Shown here one piece after another: positions 54,801 to 64,000 of a DNA stretch of 64,000 nucleotides. Source of the DNA: Candidatus Magasanikiibacteriota bacterium (GTDB lineage: Bacteria; Patescibacteriota; Patescibacteriia; Magasanikbacterales; UBA922). The position numbers and the translations under genes were made by a program. The stretch spans positions 9,699-73,698 of the forward strand of contig JBPOIO010000020.1 in assembly GCA_052034405.1 (NCBI GenBank). Direction: 5' to 3'. Every line of letters starts with the position of its first letter. Positions within the stretch are counted from its first letter, which is position 1. The notes below the pieces were generated by a model. That model was not told where the DNA came from, searched no databases, and saw nothing but the letters and a program-made list of their open reading frames with translations.

Positions 54801-55241
54801 TTATTCAAGAAAAAGTCTTTTGGTATCTGCCAAGATGGCCTTTGGGTCTTGTTTCCAGGCGTCGGAAACATCGGCATAGAGTTCAAGCTCATTACCGTCG
54901 GGATCAAGAATATAAATACTGTGAGTCACTCCATGATCAGCTGTTCCAATGATTGTTACATTTTTTTCTTTGAGTTCTTGGTATACTTTTTTGGCGTCTT
55001 CTGCTGAGTCACCAATTTTGAATCCGACATGGTAGAGTCCTGGTTCTGCAGATGCTGGGTGTGTGGGTTTTCCACCAACTTCTATCAAAAGCATTTCGTG
55101 ATGATTGCGTCCTGCCGAAAAAAGAGCGATTCCTTCTTCTCTGTGAATTTCACGAAATCCAAGTATGTCGCGATAAAAGTCGGCTACGAGTGTGAGATGA
55201 GATACATAAAAGACAATATGACCGAGTTCTTGAATTTTCAT
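54801..55241 (-). CDS. VOC-family (glyoxalase/bleomycin-resistance/dioxygenase) protein
   Basis: Paired beta-alpha-beta-beta-beta modules; HVGFKI...HSIYILDPDGNELELY. Confidence 0.7.
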   Translation of the reverse strand: MKIQELGHIVFYVSHLTLVADFYRDILGFREIHREEGIALFSAGRNHHEMLLIEVGGKPTHPASAEPGLYHVGFKIGDSAEDAKKVYQELKEKNVTIIGTADHGVTHSIYILDPDGNELELYADVSDAWKQDPKAILADTKRLFLE

Positions 55242-55365
55242 AAATATAATGAATATTTTCGTTTGAAACAAAGGTATCTTAGCGGTATATAAAGTGTTTT
55301 GTCAAACAGTGTATTTTTATAAAAAAAAGAGACAGCAATTTTTGCTGTCTCTCTATTTTTATCTT

Positions 55366-56031
55366 TTATATATGTCCACCAAAACATTGAAATTCAAATG
55401 GATGGAGTGCACAGTAATTTTGTACGATTGGAGCTTGAAGTTGAATATTTCTTTCGAGTAGAATTTGGTTTATTTGAAAGTTTCCGTTATTGATTCCGTT
55501 GGTACAATTTGCATTGCAGACCATTTTTATATAATACATATCGTCACCGTGTGCTTGTACATGTGGGCGCATTTTGGCCCAATCAAGAGGAGGGGCAAAA
55601 GTATATCGATAAGAACGGTTTGACTCTGACATACCACCATCAACATCTTTGACTATCAGTGGTCTATAAACAACACTCAGTACGTTGTTTACATTTTGAA
55701 GCGTTCCATAATAAAAATTAAATTTGGCTTTTTGTCCTGCAAGAAGTGGAGAATTTCCAAGAGAGAATGTGATTCCTGAAAATTTTTGGATTCCTCCAAT
55801 ATATACAGAAGAAGGGTTATTTTGTGGAAATCCAGGAATAGGAGCAAACCAATCGACGTCACCAATAAGGTCATTATCTTGTGCATCGAGGGTATCATCA
55901 TTCCAGAAATTTCTGTCATCTGCATATCCATAAGAATCTACAGGGTTTTGTACCAAAAAGGCCTTTGCCTTGAGATTTGGGTAGAGACTGATGATAAATA
56001 TCGCTACAATGAGAAAAAATATTTTTTTCAT
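55366..56031 (-). CDS. Secreted hypothetical protein
   Basis: Signal peptide MKKIFFLIVAIFIISLYPNLKA. No known motif. Confidence 0.45.
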   Translation of the reverse strand: MKKIFFLIVAIFIISLYPNLKAKAFLVQNPVDSYGYADDRNFWNDDTLDAQDNDLIGDVDWFAPIPGFPQNNPSSVYIGGIQKFSGITFSLGNSPLLAGQKAKFNFYYGTLQNVNNVLSVVYRPLIVKDVDGGMSESNRSYRYTFAPPLDWAKMRPHVQAHGDDMYYIKMVCNANCTNGINNGNFQINQILLERNIQLQAPIVQNYCALHPFEFQCFGGHI

Positions 56032-56040
56032 AAAAAATGC

Positions 56041-57801
56041 TTAGTACCTCTTTTTGGCAAATTTTTTGCCACGTGTGCGTTCTTTGAATATTTGTGGCCG
56101 TGGAGCAGAAGGTCGTGATGTTGCATGTGCTACACTTGTGTGTACTTCCGCACTTGCTGGAGATACAGGCATTTCTCCGGCAGGTTCTATTCGAAGACTG
56201 ACACCATTTATTATGCGATTATTGAGAGCATTCATGAACATGGTCATACGGGTTTTGTCGATTTCAAGTACTGTACTGTCGGCATCGAGTTTGATATCTC
56301 CAATTTGAATACCTTTGATATTTTTTTGTGAGTTTACGATTTCAAAAAGTTTTGGTACAGAAAAACCCTGGCGTTTTCCAATGTTCATGCGCATTTTGGT
56401 CATGCCTTCTGGATTATAAGGGCGTGGTTCAAACAATTTATTTTTATATGCTGATGGTTTTGGATCTTGAATTACGCTACTACGAATATCTGGAAGATTT
56501 TTATAAAAGTTGATAAAGCGGCCGAGTTCGACACTCACAAGGTGATGAATAAGTTCTTCGCGTGTGAGATGTGACAACTTTTCTTCAATGATTGGCATGT
56601 ATTCACTCATGTCTATATCATCACTTTTTGCTGTAGTAATTTTTTCTACTACTTGGAGGAGTTGGGCAGTGCAGATATCTTTTGCTGTTGGAATCATTTT
56701 ACTTTTGAAAACAATACCTGTTTTGCTTTCAATCATTCGAAGCATGTATTTTTCACGCAGGTTGATAATTGCAATAGAAGTACCGTTACTTCCAGCACGG
56801 CCTGTTCGTCCACTGCGGTGTGTATAGTGATCGGTTTTTGTTGGAAGGCCATAGTGAATGACGTGAGAAAGTTCTTTGACGTCGATTCCACGAGCCGCGA
56901 CATCTGTTGCTACCAGAATCTGAATTTGGCGATTGCGAAATGCGGCCATAACTTGTTCACGTTGACCCTGAGAAAGTTCACCACTAATTGCAGCAGCTGT
57001 ATATTTTTCTTTCATGAGCTGCGCGGCAATATGTTGGGTTTCAACACGGGTATTACAAAAAATAATACCATAAATATCTGGGTGCACATCAAGAATACGC
57101 TTGAGTGTTTCGTATTTATCTTTTGCCTGTACCATGTAGTATTCATGGTCGATGGTTGCTGAGCCTTGGTTTTTTACAGAAGTTGAAATTTCTTTTGGAT
57201 TTTTCATGTAGGTCTTGGCAATGCGTTCAACCGTACGATCCATCGTTGCAGAAAACAGCAAAGTTTGTTTGTCTGCTGGTGCTGTTTCAAGGATAGCATC
57301 AAGTTCTTCTTTGAATCCCATTTTCATCATTTCATCGGCTTCATCGAGGATAAGCCATGAAATGCTGTCGATTTTGAGAGTACCACGTTTGACCATATCA
57401 AGAGTACGTCCTGGTGTTCCTACTACGATCTGTGGACCTGCAAATAGGGCGTTGTATTGCGTCACATAGCTATCTCCTCCGTAAATTGCAGCGACTTTGA
57501 TTGCTGGAAATTCAGACAAGAATGCCTTGATATCTTTGCTAATTTGAAGACAGAGTTCGCGGGTAGGGCAGAGGATCAGGGCTTGTGGACGTTTGATTGT
57601 TTCGTCAATTTTTGACAAAACTCCCAAACTAAAAGCACCGGTCTTTCCAGTACCAGTTTGAGCAAGGGCAATGAGGTCTTGGTGAGAGTTTAAGATGTGT
57701 GGAATAGCCTGGGCTTGGATTTCGGTAGGAGTTTCAAAACCAAGTTTTGTAAGTGCTGCGAGAATTTCTGGGCGCAGTCCCAGTGTAGAAAATGTAGCCA
57801 T
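56041..57801 (-). CDS. deaD: DEAD-box ATP-dependent RNA helicase (DeaD/CsdA-like) with a C-terminal RNA-binding extension
   Basis: AQTGTGKT, PTRELC, DEAD, SAT and HRSGRTGR motifs. Start taken at MATFSTLGL. Confidence 0.85.
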   Translation of the reverse strand: MATFSTLGLRPEILAALTKLGFETPTEIQAQAIPHILNSHQDLIALAQTGTGKTGAFSLGVLSKIDETIKRPQALILCPTRELCLQISKDIKAFLSEFPAIKVAAIYGGDSYVTQYNALFAGPQIVVGTPGRTLDMVKRGTLKIDSISWLILDEADEMMKMGFKEELDAILETAPADKQTLLFSATMDRTVERIAKTYMKNPKEISTSVKNQGSATIDHEYYMVQAKDKYETLKRILDVHPDIYGIIFCNTRVETQHIAAQLMKEKYTAAAISGELSQGQREQVMAAFRNRQIQILVATDVAARGIDVKELSHVIHYGLPTKTDHYTHRSGRTGRAGSNGTSIAIINLREKYMLRMIESKTGIVFKSKMIPTAKDICTAQLLQVVEKITTAKSDDIDMSEYMPIIEEKLSHLTREELIHHLVSVELGRFINFYKNLPDIRSSVIQDPKPSAYKNKLFEPRPYNPEGMTKMRMNIGKRQGFSVPKLFEIVNSQKNIKGIQIGDIKLDADSTVLEIDKTRMTMFMNALNNRIINGVSLRIEPAGEMPVSPASAEVHTSVAHATSRPSAPRPQIFKERTRGKKFAKKRY

Positions 57802-57992
57802 ATGGTAAAAATTACGCACATGACTACTGGAGTGTCTTTGGAACCCTTCCAAAAATATTCACTTGAATCAAGTACGAAGTATAAATTGACTTGGAAGTAT
57901 ATCTGAAATTGAGGCAAATGTCAAGTCTTTTAGTTTACGAAAACTTGAAATAAGCGTATAATACGCTATATTTGTAACTTTAAAAGCATCTT

Positions 57993-58436
57993 ATGTGGAA
58001 AAAAATTTATATATTTTTTGATAAGTTAGAAGATCGTGTTCGTGGGCGCCTGAGTCGAAAACCTATTGGTTATGCTTTTTTGGGAGGTGTTGGAGTAGTG
58101 TTATTTTGGCGTGGTGTATGGCATAGTGTTGATTATTTTATGGGACAGTATTTTACTGGACTTCCAAGTGATACTACTTTGAATTTGTATGAACTGCCAT
58201 GGTGGGATGGACCACTATCACTGGTGTTGGGTACGAGTTTGCTGCTCATGAGTGGTCTTTTTGTATCGAACTTTATTGGAAATGAAATTATTATTTCTGG
58301 AATTCGTGGTGAAAAGAAAATGGTAGACAAAACAGAAGACGAACTCGAAATGGAAATCGATGAACTTGCGTTGATTGAACGAGATATAAAAAAAATTTCA
58401 CGACAGCTCACACTGTTGCGTCGTCGAAGGGGCTAA
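57993..58436 (+). CDS. Hypothetical membrane protein
   Basis: Two TM helices followed by a charged coiled-coil tail. Confidence 0.4.
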   Translation: MWKKIYIFFDKLEDRVRGRLSRKPIGYAFLGGVGVVLFWRGVWHSVDYFMGQYFTGLPSDTTLNLYELPWWDGPLSLVLGTSLLLMSGLFVSNFIGNEIIISGIRGEKKMVDKTEDELEMEIDELALIERDIKKISRQLTLLRRRRG

Positions 58437-58509
58437 ATTTTTTCTTTTTGTAAAATTTGTGTTATACTATACAAAGTTCACATAAATATTTTATTTTTTA
58501 TTCAAATAT

Positions 58510-58959
58510 ATGGATAGTCACAACCATAAGCACGAAAGCTTCGGTGGAATCGTGCTCAAAGTTTTACTCATTGTCATTATTGGTGGATCAATTTTTGGAG
58601 TTGGTGTATCTGCTGGTATTCGCGCGGCTATTTGGAGAGGTCTTGATGTTCCAAGTCCTGCTTCTCGTGTAGCTGTGATGGAACGTGCTGCCAAAGAAGA
58701 CGAAAAATGGGGATGGGGAAAAGATGACCAAAAAATGACTCGAGTATTTGGTGCTATTACAAAAATAGAAGGAAACCAAATTACTATTCTCAACAATGCT
58801 GCAAAAAATGAAATTGTATTGTCACTTTCTACCACAGTAATTACTTCTTCAAGTACTGAAATTGGTATTGGAGCTCTCAAAGCTGGTCAAAATATTGCCG
58901 CTCTTGGTTCACTCAATGCAAACAACATGTTTGAAGCTCGCATTATTCAAGTTCAATAA
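58510..58959 (+). CDS. Hypothetical membrane-anchored protein
   Basis: Single N-terminal TM helix. A terminator lies downstream at 58985-59012. Confidence 0.4.
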   Translation: MDSHNHKHESFGGIVLKVLLIVIIGGSIFGVGVSAGIRAAIWRGLDVPSPASRVAVMERAAKEDEKWGWGKDDQKMTRVFGAITKIEGNQITILNNAAKNEIVLSLSTTVITSSSTEIGIGALKAGQNIAALGSLNANNMFEARIIQVQ

Positions 58960-59052
58960 AAAATCGCTGTACCTAGAAAAGAATACCAAACTATGGTATT
59001 CTTTTTTTATAAGTGAAATAAAAATGTCTTTTTGGGAGTATTAGAGATATAT

Positions 59053-59607
59053 ATGAGTGATTTGACTGATGAAGAATTAGCTCAAAAAGTTCAAAAAGGG
59101 GAAACAGAGGCCTTTGGGATACTCATTGAACGTTTTGAACAAAAAATGCTTCGCTATTCGCGGAAGTTTTTGTTTGGATACGAAGATGCCCAGGATGCGG
59201 TTCAGACTGTATTTTTAAAAGCCTATATCAATATTCAACAATTTGATACGAGTAAAAAATTTTCTTCGTGGCTCTATCGTATTGCACATAACGAATTTAT
59301 TAATGTTATCAAAAAAAATGGAAAAGAAAGCGTACCAATTTTTGAACTAGATACTTTGTTTCCACATCTTGAAGCAAAACAAAATTCAGCACGAGATTTT
59401 GAATTGCAAGAGTTACAGGATTTGATGGAGCAGTATTTGAATAAAATTTCTCCCAAGTATCGTGAAATTTTGGTTTTGTATTATTTTGAACAAATGGGTT
59501 ATACTGAAATTGCAGAGATTTTGAAAATTCCAGCTTCTACGGTTGGAGTTCGTCTGAAGCGTGCCAAAGTCGCTTTCAAAAAATTGATACCAATTGAACA
59601 CTTATAA
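59053..59607 (+). CDS. ECF (group IV) sigma-70 factor
   Basis: Region 2 (FLKAYINIQQFD...WLYRIAHNEFIN) and region 4 HTH (YTEIAEILKIPASTVGVRLKRAK). Confidence 0.8.
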   Translation: MSDLTDEELAQKVQKGETEAFGILIERFEQKMLRYSRKFLFGYEDAQDAVQTVFLKAYINIQQFDTSKKFSSWLYRIAHNEFINVIKKNGKESVPIFELDTLFPHLEAKQNSARDFELQELQDLMEQYLNKISPKYREILVLYYFEQMGYTEIAEILKIPASTVGVRLKRAKVAFKKLIPIEHL

Positions 59608-59609
59608 AT

Positions 59610-60350
59610 ATGGAAGACGAAAAAAAACTTCGTGAAAATATACTTGCTACGATTCAAAAAGGTCAGGCAAAAATGACTCCACGTTGGCATTTTCTTTTGA
59701 AGGCCGCGCTCTTTTTGTTTGGATTTATTTTTATTTTTCTTTGTGCTTTGTATCTTTTGAGTTTTGCATTATTTGTTTTGGATAAAAGTCAGCTTTGGTT
59801 TGTCCCACAATTTGGTAGCCACGGTATATTTATTTTCTTTCGATCACTTCCTTGGCTTTTACTTTTTATTGTTCTTTTGTTTCTTATTGTTTTACAGGTA
59901 CTTGCACGTCATTATTCTTTTTCTTATCAGCGTCCTTTGTTATTTTCACTTTTTGGAATTCTTGTATTTGTAATTATTGGAAGTAGTATTATTCAAAGGC
60001 TTGGATTTCACGAAGGGGTCTCGGAATACTCTCGTCTGCACAAGTTGCCTTTGGCTGCTCCCATGTATGAACGTTTTGAATTTGGAGAAGAGCAGTCTGT
60101 GTATCCTGGAGTTATAGTAGAAATTCGTGATCCAAATTTTTCTATAAAAAGTCGTCGTCAAGAAATATTAAAAGTAGAAGTGACGAGTGAGACTCGTTTT
60201 CCCGCTGGAAAGAAATTTGTGGTTGGGGATGAAGTGTTGGTGTTGGGTGAGCGTGAAGATAATAGTATTGAAGCTTATGGCGTCAGGCCCATTCCACATA
60301 TGCGTGGGAAAATGATGAAATCTTTGCCGCCGCTAGAAGAAAATGAATAA
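59610..60350 (+). CDS. Putative anti-sigma factor / membrane protein cotranscribed with the ECF sigma
   Basis: Starts 3 nt after the sigma stop. Short cytoplasmic N-terminus, three or four TM helices, C-terminal soluble domain. Terminator at 60352-60382. Confidence 0.4.
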   Translation: MEDEKKLRENILATIQKGQAKMTPRWHFLLKAALFLFGFIFIFLCALYLLSFALFVLDKSQLWFVPQFGSHGIFIFFRSLPWLLLFIVLLFLIVLQVLARHYSFSYQRPLLFSLFGILVFVIIGSSIIQRLGFHEGVSEYSRLHKLPLAAPMYERFEFGEEQSVYPGVIVEIRDPNFSIKSRRQEILKVEVTSETRFPAGKKFVVGDEVLVLGEREDNSIEAYGVRPIPHMRGKMMKSLPPLEENE

Positions 60351-60483
60351 GAAAAAAAGCCCTTGAAAAAGGGTTTTTTTGTAAGTGAAATATTTTTTGA
60401 GATTGTATTGTAGTAATAAATAGAGATATCTCAAAATTGTACTTTTTAACTTATATACCTTTTAAGACATAACTCTATTCCAT

Positions 60484-60942
60484 ATGAAAAAAACAAAATA
60501 TATTCTCCCAATGCTCGCTATTCCAGCGATAGCACTTACTCTTATTGGATCTAGTGTTGCTTCTGCAAGTGCTGGTTGGAAAAATATCAGCCCAGAAGAT
60601 TTGGCAAAGCGTCAACAAACTATGTTTGAACATCAATCCACACTTCTTGGTATTTCAGTGAACGAAGTAAAAGATGCTTGGGCTCAGGGAAAAAACATAC
60701 AAGATCTTGCCAAAGAAAAGGGAATCAGTGAAACTGACCTCAAGGCAAAAATGGATGCCCAAAGAAAACAAAATCAGCAGGATCGTCTCAAATCATTGGT
60801 GAGTTCAGGAGTAATTACACAGGCTCAGGCAGACCAACGAATGAAATTTGAAGAAAATAATCCAAACAAAGGACGACATATGATGGGGCAGAAAGGTCCT
60901 GGAATGGGAATGCATGGAATGCGTGAAAATCTCAAAAAATAA
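60484..60942 (+). CDS. Secreted hypothetical protein (helical, Gln/Lys-rich)
   Basis: Signal peptide ending ASASA. Terminator at 60962-60995. Confidence 0.45.
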   Translation: MKKTKYILPMLAIPAIALTLIGSSVASASAGWKNISPEDLAKRQQTMFEHQSTLLGISVNEVKDAWAQGKNIQDLAKEKGISETDLKAKMDAQRKQNQQDRLKSLVSSGVITQAQADQRMKFEENNPNKGRHMMGQKGPGMGMHGMRENLKK

Positions 60943-61041
60943 AATTTATTTTTAAAAAATACTTGAAGACCTCTATTTTTGTGGAGGTCTTTTTGTATTG
61001 ACTAGGGTTATTTTTTGATTTATACTGATGACTCAGTATAG

Positions 61042-61112
61042 GCCTCCTTGGTTCAGTGGTAGAACGACGGTATCGTAAACCGTATGCGCCAGTTCGATTC
61101 TGGCAGGAGGCT
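61042..61112 (+). tRNA. tRNA-Thr (anticodon CGU), CCA not encoded
   Basis: Cloverleaf: acceptor GCCTCCT/AGGAGGC, anticodon arm ACGGT-ATCGTAA-ACCGT, T-arm GCCAG-TTCGATT-CTGGC. Confidence 0.75.
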
Positions 61113-61137
61113 CAAGAATATGTTATACTTATAACAT

Positions 61138-61818
61138 ATGATTAAACTCGTTGGCGTGACCAAACGCTACAATAAAGAAAGTGTTGGTGTTGAAGATATT
61201 CATCTCGCTGTTGATGCGGGAGAATTTGTTTCTATTGTTGGACAAAGCGGAATGGGAAAAACAACACTTATCAAGCTTCTGATTGCCGAAGAACGCCCTA
61301 CACGTGGGCGTATTGAAATTGGTGGTTGGGATATTACTCATGTTTCGCAGGGAGATATTCCACTTCTTCGTCGTCAGATCGGTGTTATTTTTCAGGATTT
61401 CAAATTGCTTCCAAACAAAACTGTTTTTGAAAATGTTGCTTTTGCTTTGCAAGTAGCAGGGGAGAGTGCCTCGCGTGTCAAAGAGGTTGTTCCTGTGGTA
61501 CTCGATATTGTGGGACTCAGTCACAAGATGCGAAATCTTCCAACAGAACTTTCAGGTGGAGAGCAGCAGCGTGTTGCCATAGCTCGTTCACTGGTGCATA
61601 GACCAAAAATTTTGGTTGCCGATGAACCAACTGGAAATTTGGATACGGTAAACACACAGGAAATCATTGAAATACTCAAAAAAATAAATGAATTTGGTAC
61701 GACTATTGTGCTTGTAACGCATAATCGAGAAGTTGTGAATCAGCTCAAAAAACGTGTTGTCACACTCCAAAATGGTCGTATTATTTCGGATGAGCACGTT
61801 GGAAAATATCGTCTTTAG
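61138..61818 (+). CDS. ftsE: Cell-division ABC transporter ATPase FtsE
   Basis: Walker A GQSGMGKTT, ABC signature LSGGEQQR, Walker B ILVADEPTGNLD. Confidence 0.9.
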   Translation: MIKLVGVTKRYNKESVGVEDIHLAVDAGEFVSIVGQSGMGKTTLIKLLIAEERPTRGRIEIGGWDITHVSQGDIPLLRRQIGVIFQDFKLLPNKTVFENVAFALQVAGESASRVKEVVPVVLDIVGLSHKMRNLPTELSGGEQQRVAIARSLVHRPKILVADEPTGNLDTVNTQEIIEILKKINEFGTTIVLVTHNREVVNQLKKRVVTLQNGRIISDEHVGKYRL

Positions 61819-61826
61819 ATTTTTTT

Positions 61827-62735
61827 ATGCTTTCATTTTTTCGAATTATAAAATTTGCGCTTCTCGATATTGGCCGCAACCTCAGTTTGGCATTCATGAC
61901 TGTTTTGATTTTGGTACTCATGATGCTGTCGGTCAATGCACTTTTGGTAGTCCGCTATTTGACCAATCAGTCAATTACTTATGTAAAAGACCAAATTGAT
62001 GTGAGTGTGTACTTTGATCCCGAGGCAAAGGACGAAAAAATAAATGAAGTAAAAAATTATATTGCTGCTTTTCCAGAGGTAACCAATGTGGAGTATATTG
62101 ATCGTGAAATAGTCCTCAAAAATTTCAAAGCAAAACATGCGGATAACAAAGAAATTCTTTCGTCGATTGATGAACTTGGGGTCAATCCACTGGGGCCAAC
62201 CATGATTGTCAAAACGCGTGAACCGAGTGATTACCAAAAAATTATAAAAGCTCTTTCTGTTCCAGAGTATGATGCCATGATTCAAAGTAAAACATTTGCA
62301 GATACCGAAGCAGCTATTCAAAAAATTGATACCGTGACACATCGCGTGGAGCAGCTCAGTTTTGTGTTGATGATACTTTTTGCGTTGATCGCATTTTTGG
62401 TTATTTTCAATACTATTCGTGTTGCTATTTTTACACAGCGTACAGAAATTAGTATAAAAAAATTAGTCGGTGCGACCAATTGGTTTATTCGTGGCCCTTA
62501 TGTGATCGAGTCATTTTTGTTTAGTGTTTTTGCGGTAGCCCTTACCTTTTCTCTTGTGTATTTTGCTTCCAAATTTTTGGATACTTATCTCGTTGTTGTA
62601 TTTGGTCCAGGAAGTACCCTGATACAATATTTTCAAAGCAATATGATCGCTTTGATTCTTGGTCAATTTGTTGCAGTGTTCTTGCTTACACTTGTGACCA
62701 GTCTTCTGGCCATGCGTAAATATCTCAAGGTTTAA
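61827..62735 (+). CDS. ftsX: Cell-division ABC transporter permease FtsX
   Basis: Four TM helices with a large periplasmic loop; FtsX-type C-terminal helices. Confidence 0.85.
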   Translation: MLSFFRIIKFALLDIGRNLSLAFMTVLILVLMMLSVNALLVVRYLTNQSITYVKDQIDVSVYFDPEAKDEKINEVKNYIAAFPEVTNVEYIDREIVLKNFKAKHADNKEILSSIDELGVNPLGPTMIVKTREPSDYQKIIKALSVPEYDAMIQSKTFADTEAAIQKIDTVTHRVEQLSFVLMILFALIAFLVIFNTIRVAIFTQRTEISIKKLVGATNWFIRGPYVIESFLFSVFAVALTFSLVYFASKFLDTYLVVVFGPGSTLIQYFQSNMIALILGQFVAVFLLTLVTSLLAMRKYLKV

Positions 62736-62750
62736 TTTTTAATAAAATAT

Positions 62751-63833
62751 ATGGAAAACAAAAATTGGCCAGTTTTTCTTGGAAGTATTGGTCTTGTGCT
62801 TACTCTTGGTTTAGGAGTAACATTGTATCAAAAACAAAATTCTCTTGAAAATAAAATTACAAATTTAAATTTTATAAGTAAAAATAATCCTCAATCAAAT
62901 AATTTAGATATTGAAGCTCTGAAACAGAAAGTTTTGGATCTTGAACAAAAGCAAAATTTTTCTTCCAATCCAGTTCTTTCAAATATTTTTGAAGACTACA
63001 GTGATCTTTTGTTTACGCTTGCATCTGATCAATTTTTTAAAGAAAATTCAATTAAATACAATGGGGCTCTTCGTTTGCGATCTCGAAATATAAATTTATT
63101 TTCTTTTGATATCCCAGCTTCTACCTATGCCTTTTTTCCGCAAGCACATTATTCCGTAGAGAGATTGGGAGATAAAGATGCTACCCGCCAAGATTCTATT
63201 TTTTTTACACCGCTTGAAAGAGATGCTCAGTCCGTAACCAATGGTTCTTTGCAAATAAAAACATTTTCTTATAGTGGACTTCCGTCGAGTGATTCACATT
63301 GTGCAAATACTGCCTCGGAAGAGTTCAAAAATGTTGCTCTTGTTGTATATCAATTGATGCAAGATCAAGCTGATCTTCAAAAGTATCTTGGATATATCAC
63401 AGACACGTTTGATTTGTGTAAATATATTATTCCACAAAAAGAATTATCATTTGTGGCAGTAGAAATGGGATCGCCTCGGCTTCCAAGCTTTGTTTCGCCT
63501 CCTCTTGCAAAAGATACAAGTACCAAAATAAAAGGTTATATTTTTGATTTTTATAAGCTTGCAGAGGATACTCGGGGTGAAGATAAAATGCCACATAGCG
63601 ACCCTCTTTTGTTTATTGTTCTTCCTTTGCCAAATCAAAATACGTCTGTTTTTCCATATGCAAGAGGTCTTACGGTAACATGGCATACTGGGTTGTATCC
63701 TGATGCTTCTATCTACGAAGACAACAAAGCACTTTTAGAAAAAGGACGAAAGTTGGTTCAAATTACTACTCAATCAATTGCCGATACAACAATTCTTTTG
63801 CCAAGTTGTGAATATGGTGGTTGTGCCTATTAA
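62751..63833 (+). CDS. Hypothetical membrane-anchored coiled-coil protein downstream of ftsEX
   Basis: N-terminal TM helix, coiled coil, large C-terminal domain. No M23 HxxxD/HxH motif seen. Confidence 0.4.
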   Translation: MENKNWPVFLGSIGLVLTLGLGVTLYQKQNSLENKITNLNFISKNNPQSNNLDIEALKQKVLDLEQKQNFSSNPVLSNIFEDYSDLLFTLASDQFFKENSIKYNGALRLRSRNINLFSFDIPASTYAFFPQAHYSVERLGDKDATRQDSIFFTPLERDAQSVTNGSLQIKTFSYSGLPSSDSHCANTASEEFKNVALVVYQLMQDQADLQKYLGYITDTFDLCKYIIPQKELSFVAVEMGSPRLPSFVSPPLAKDTSTKIKGYIFDFYKLAEDTRGEDKMPHSDPLLFIVLPLPNQNTSVFPYARGLTVTWHTGLYPDASIYEDNKALLEKGRKLVQITTQSIADTTILLPSCEYGGCAY

Positions 63834-64000
63834 AAAATTGTTTGTTCTTAGTGGTCTCCCATTTTCTGGGAAAACTACTTGGGCGCGAGAGTTTGTGGGG
63901 GATTCTGTGGCAATCATTTCTCGTGATGAAATTTTGGAAGATATACAAAAAGACGTGTTTTTACAAGCGCGTCTTTTGGTTGAAGCAAAAAAAATCTTGC
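63814..64000 (+). CDS. P-loop NTPase (AAA/kinase-like), N-terminal fragment continuing beyond the window
   Basis: Hand-translated MVVVPIKKLFVLSGLPFSGKTTWAREF with a Walker A motif. Overlaps the upstream gene by 20 nt in another frame. Confidence 0.45.
   Translation, partial: MVVVPIKKLFVLSGLPFSGKTTWAREFVGDSVAIISRDEILEDIQKDVFLQARLLVEAKKIL

Noticed and set aside
61118-61140. Palindrome CATATGTTATA-CTT-ATAACATATG overlapping the ftsE start
   Set aside because: An AT-rich palindrome of this size could arise by chance in a 34% GC genome. Noted as a possible operator but without supporting context.
1-64000. Possible alternative genetic code (UGA or UAG recoding), as seen in some CPR lineages
   Set aside because: Ribosomal, aminoacyl-tRNA synthetase and other conserved genes translate full length with TAA, TAG and TGA all used as terminators; no in-frame stops occur inside conserved domains. 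The only exception is the single TAG inside comEC, reported separately.

Overview
AT-rich (~33-35% GC) bacterial chromosome segment with small, tightly packed genes and frequent 4-nt overlaps, consistent with a Patescibacteria/CPR-like genome. The standard genetic code is in use: TAA, TAG and TGA all act as stops. Core content: the pheT 3' end, rpmA, a dcw fragment (ftsW-murG), mnmA, a short alaS, the alpha operon (infA-rpmJ-rpsM-rpsK-rpsD-rpoA-rplQ) followed by rplM-rpsI, an rml/glycosyltransferase cell-surface polysaccharide cluster, comEC, glyQS, tpiA, an ECF sigma factor, ftsEX, three tRNA-Thr isoacceptors and a tRNA-Tyr. Unusual content: (1) tRNA-Tyr(GUA) is interrupted in its anticodon loop by a ~207-nt group I intron, with a LAGLIDADG-like ORF immediately upstream. 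(2) A 982-aa MutS homologue carries a C-terminal HNH nuclease (MutS7-like). (3) Two short islands of ~62-68% GC each hold one intact gene; the first is bounded by imperfect inverted repeats. (4) rpoA ends in an acidic/lysine tail and appears to lack the alpha-CTD. (5) A co-directional accessory array next to tRNA-Thr(GGU) contains Fic, a C39-like peptidase, a SET-NPPY methyltransferase fusion and a run of small hydrolases. (6) comEC is split by an in-frame TAG. (7) Two surface proteins carry thrombospondin-type-3-like calcium-binding repeats. (8) Several structured intergenic elements are present. All calls rest on motif recognition by eye; no database searches were run.
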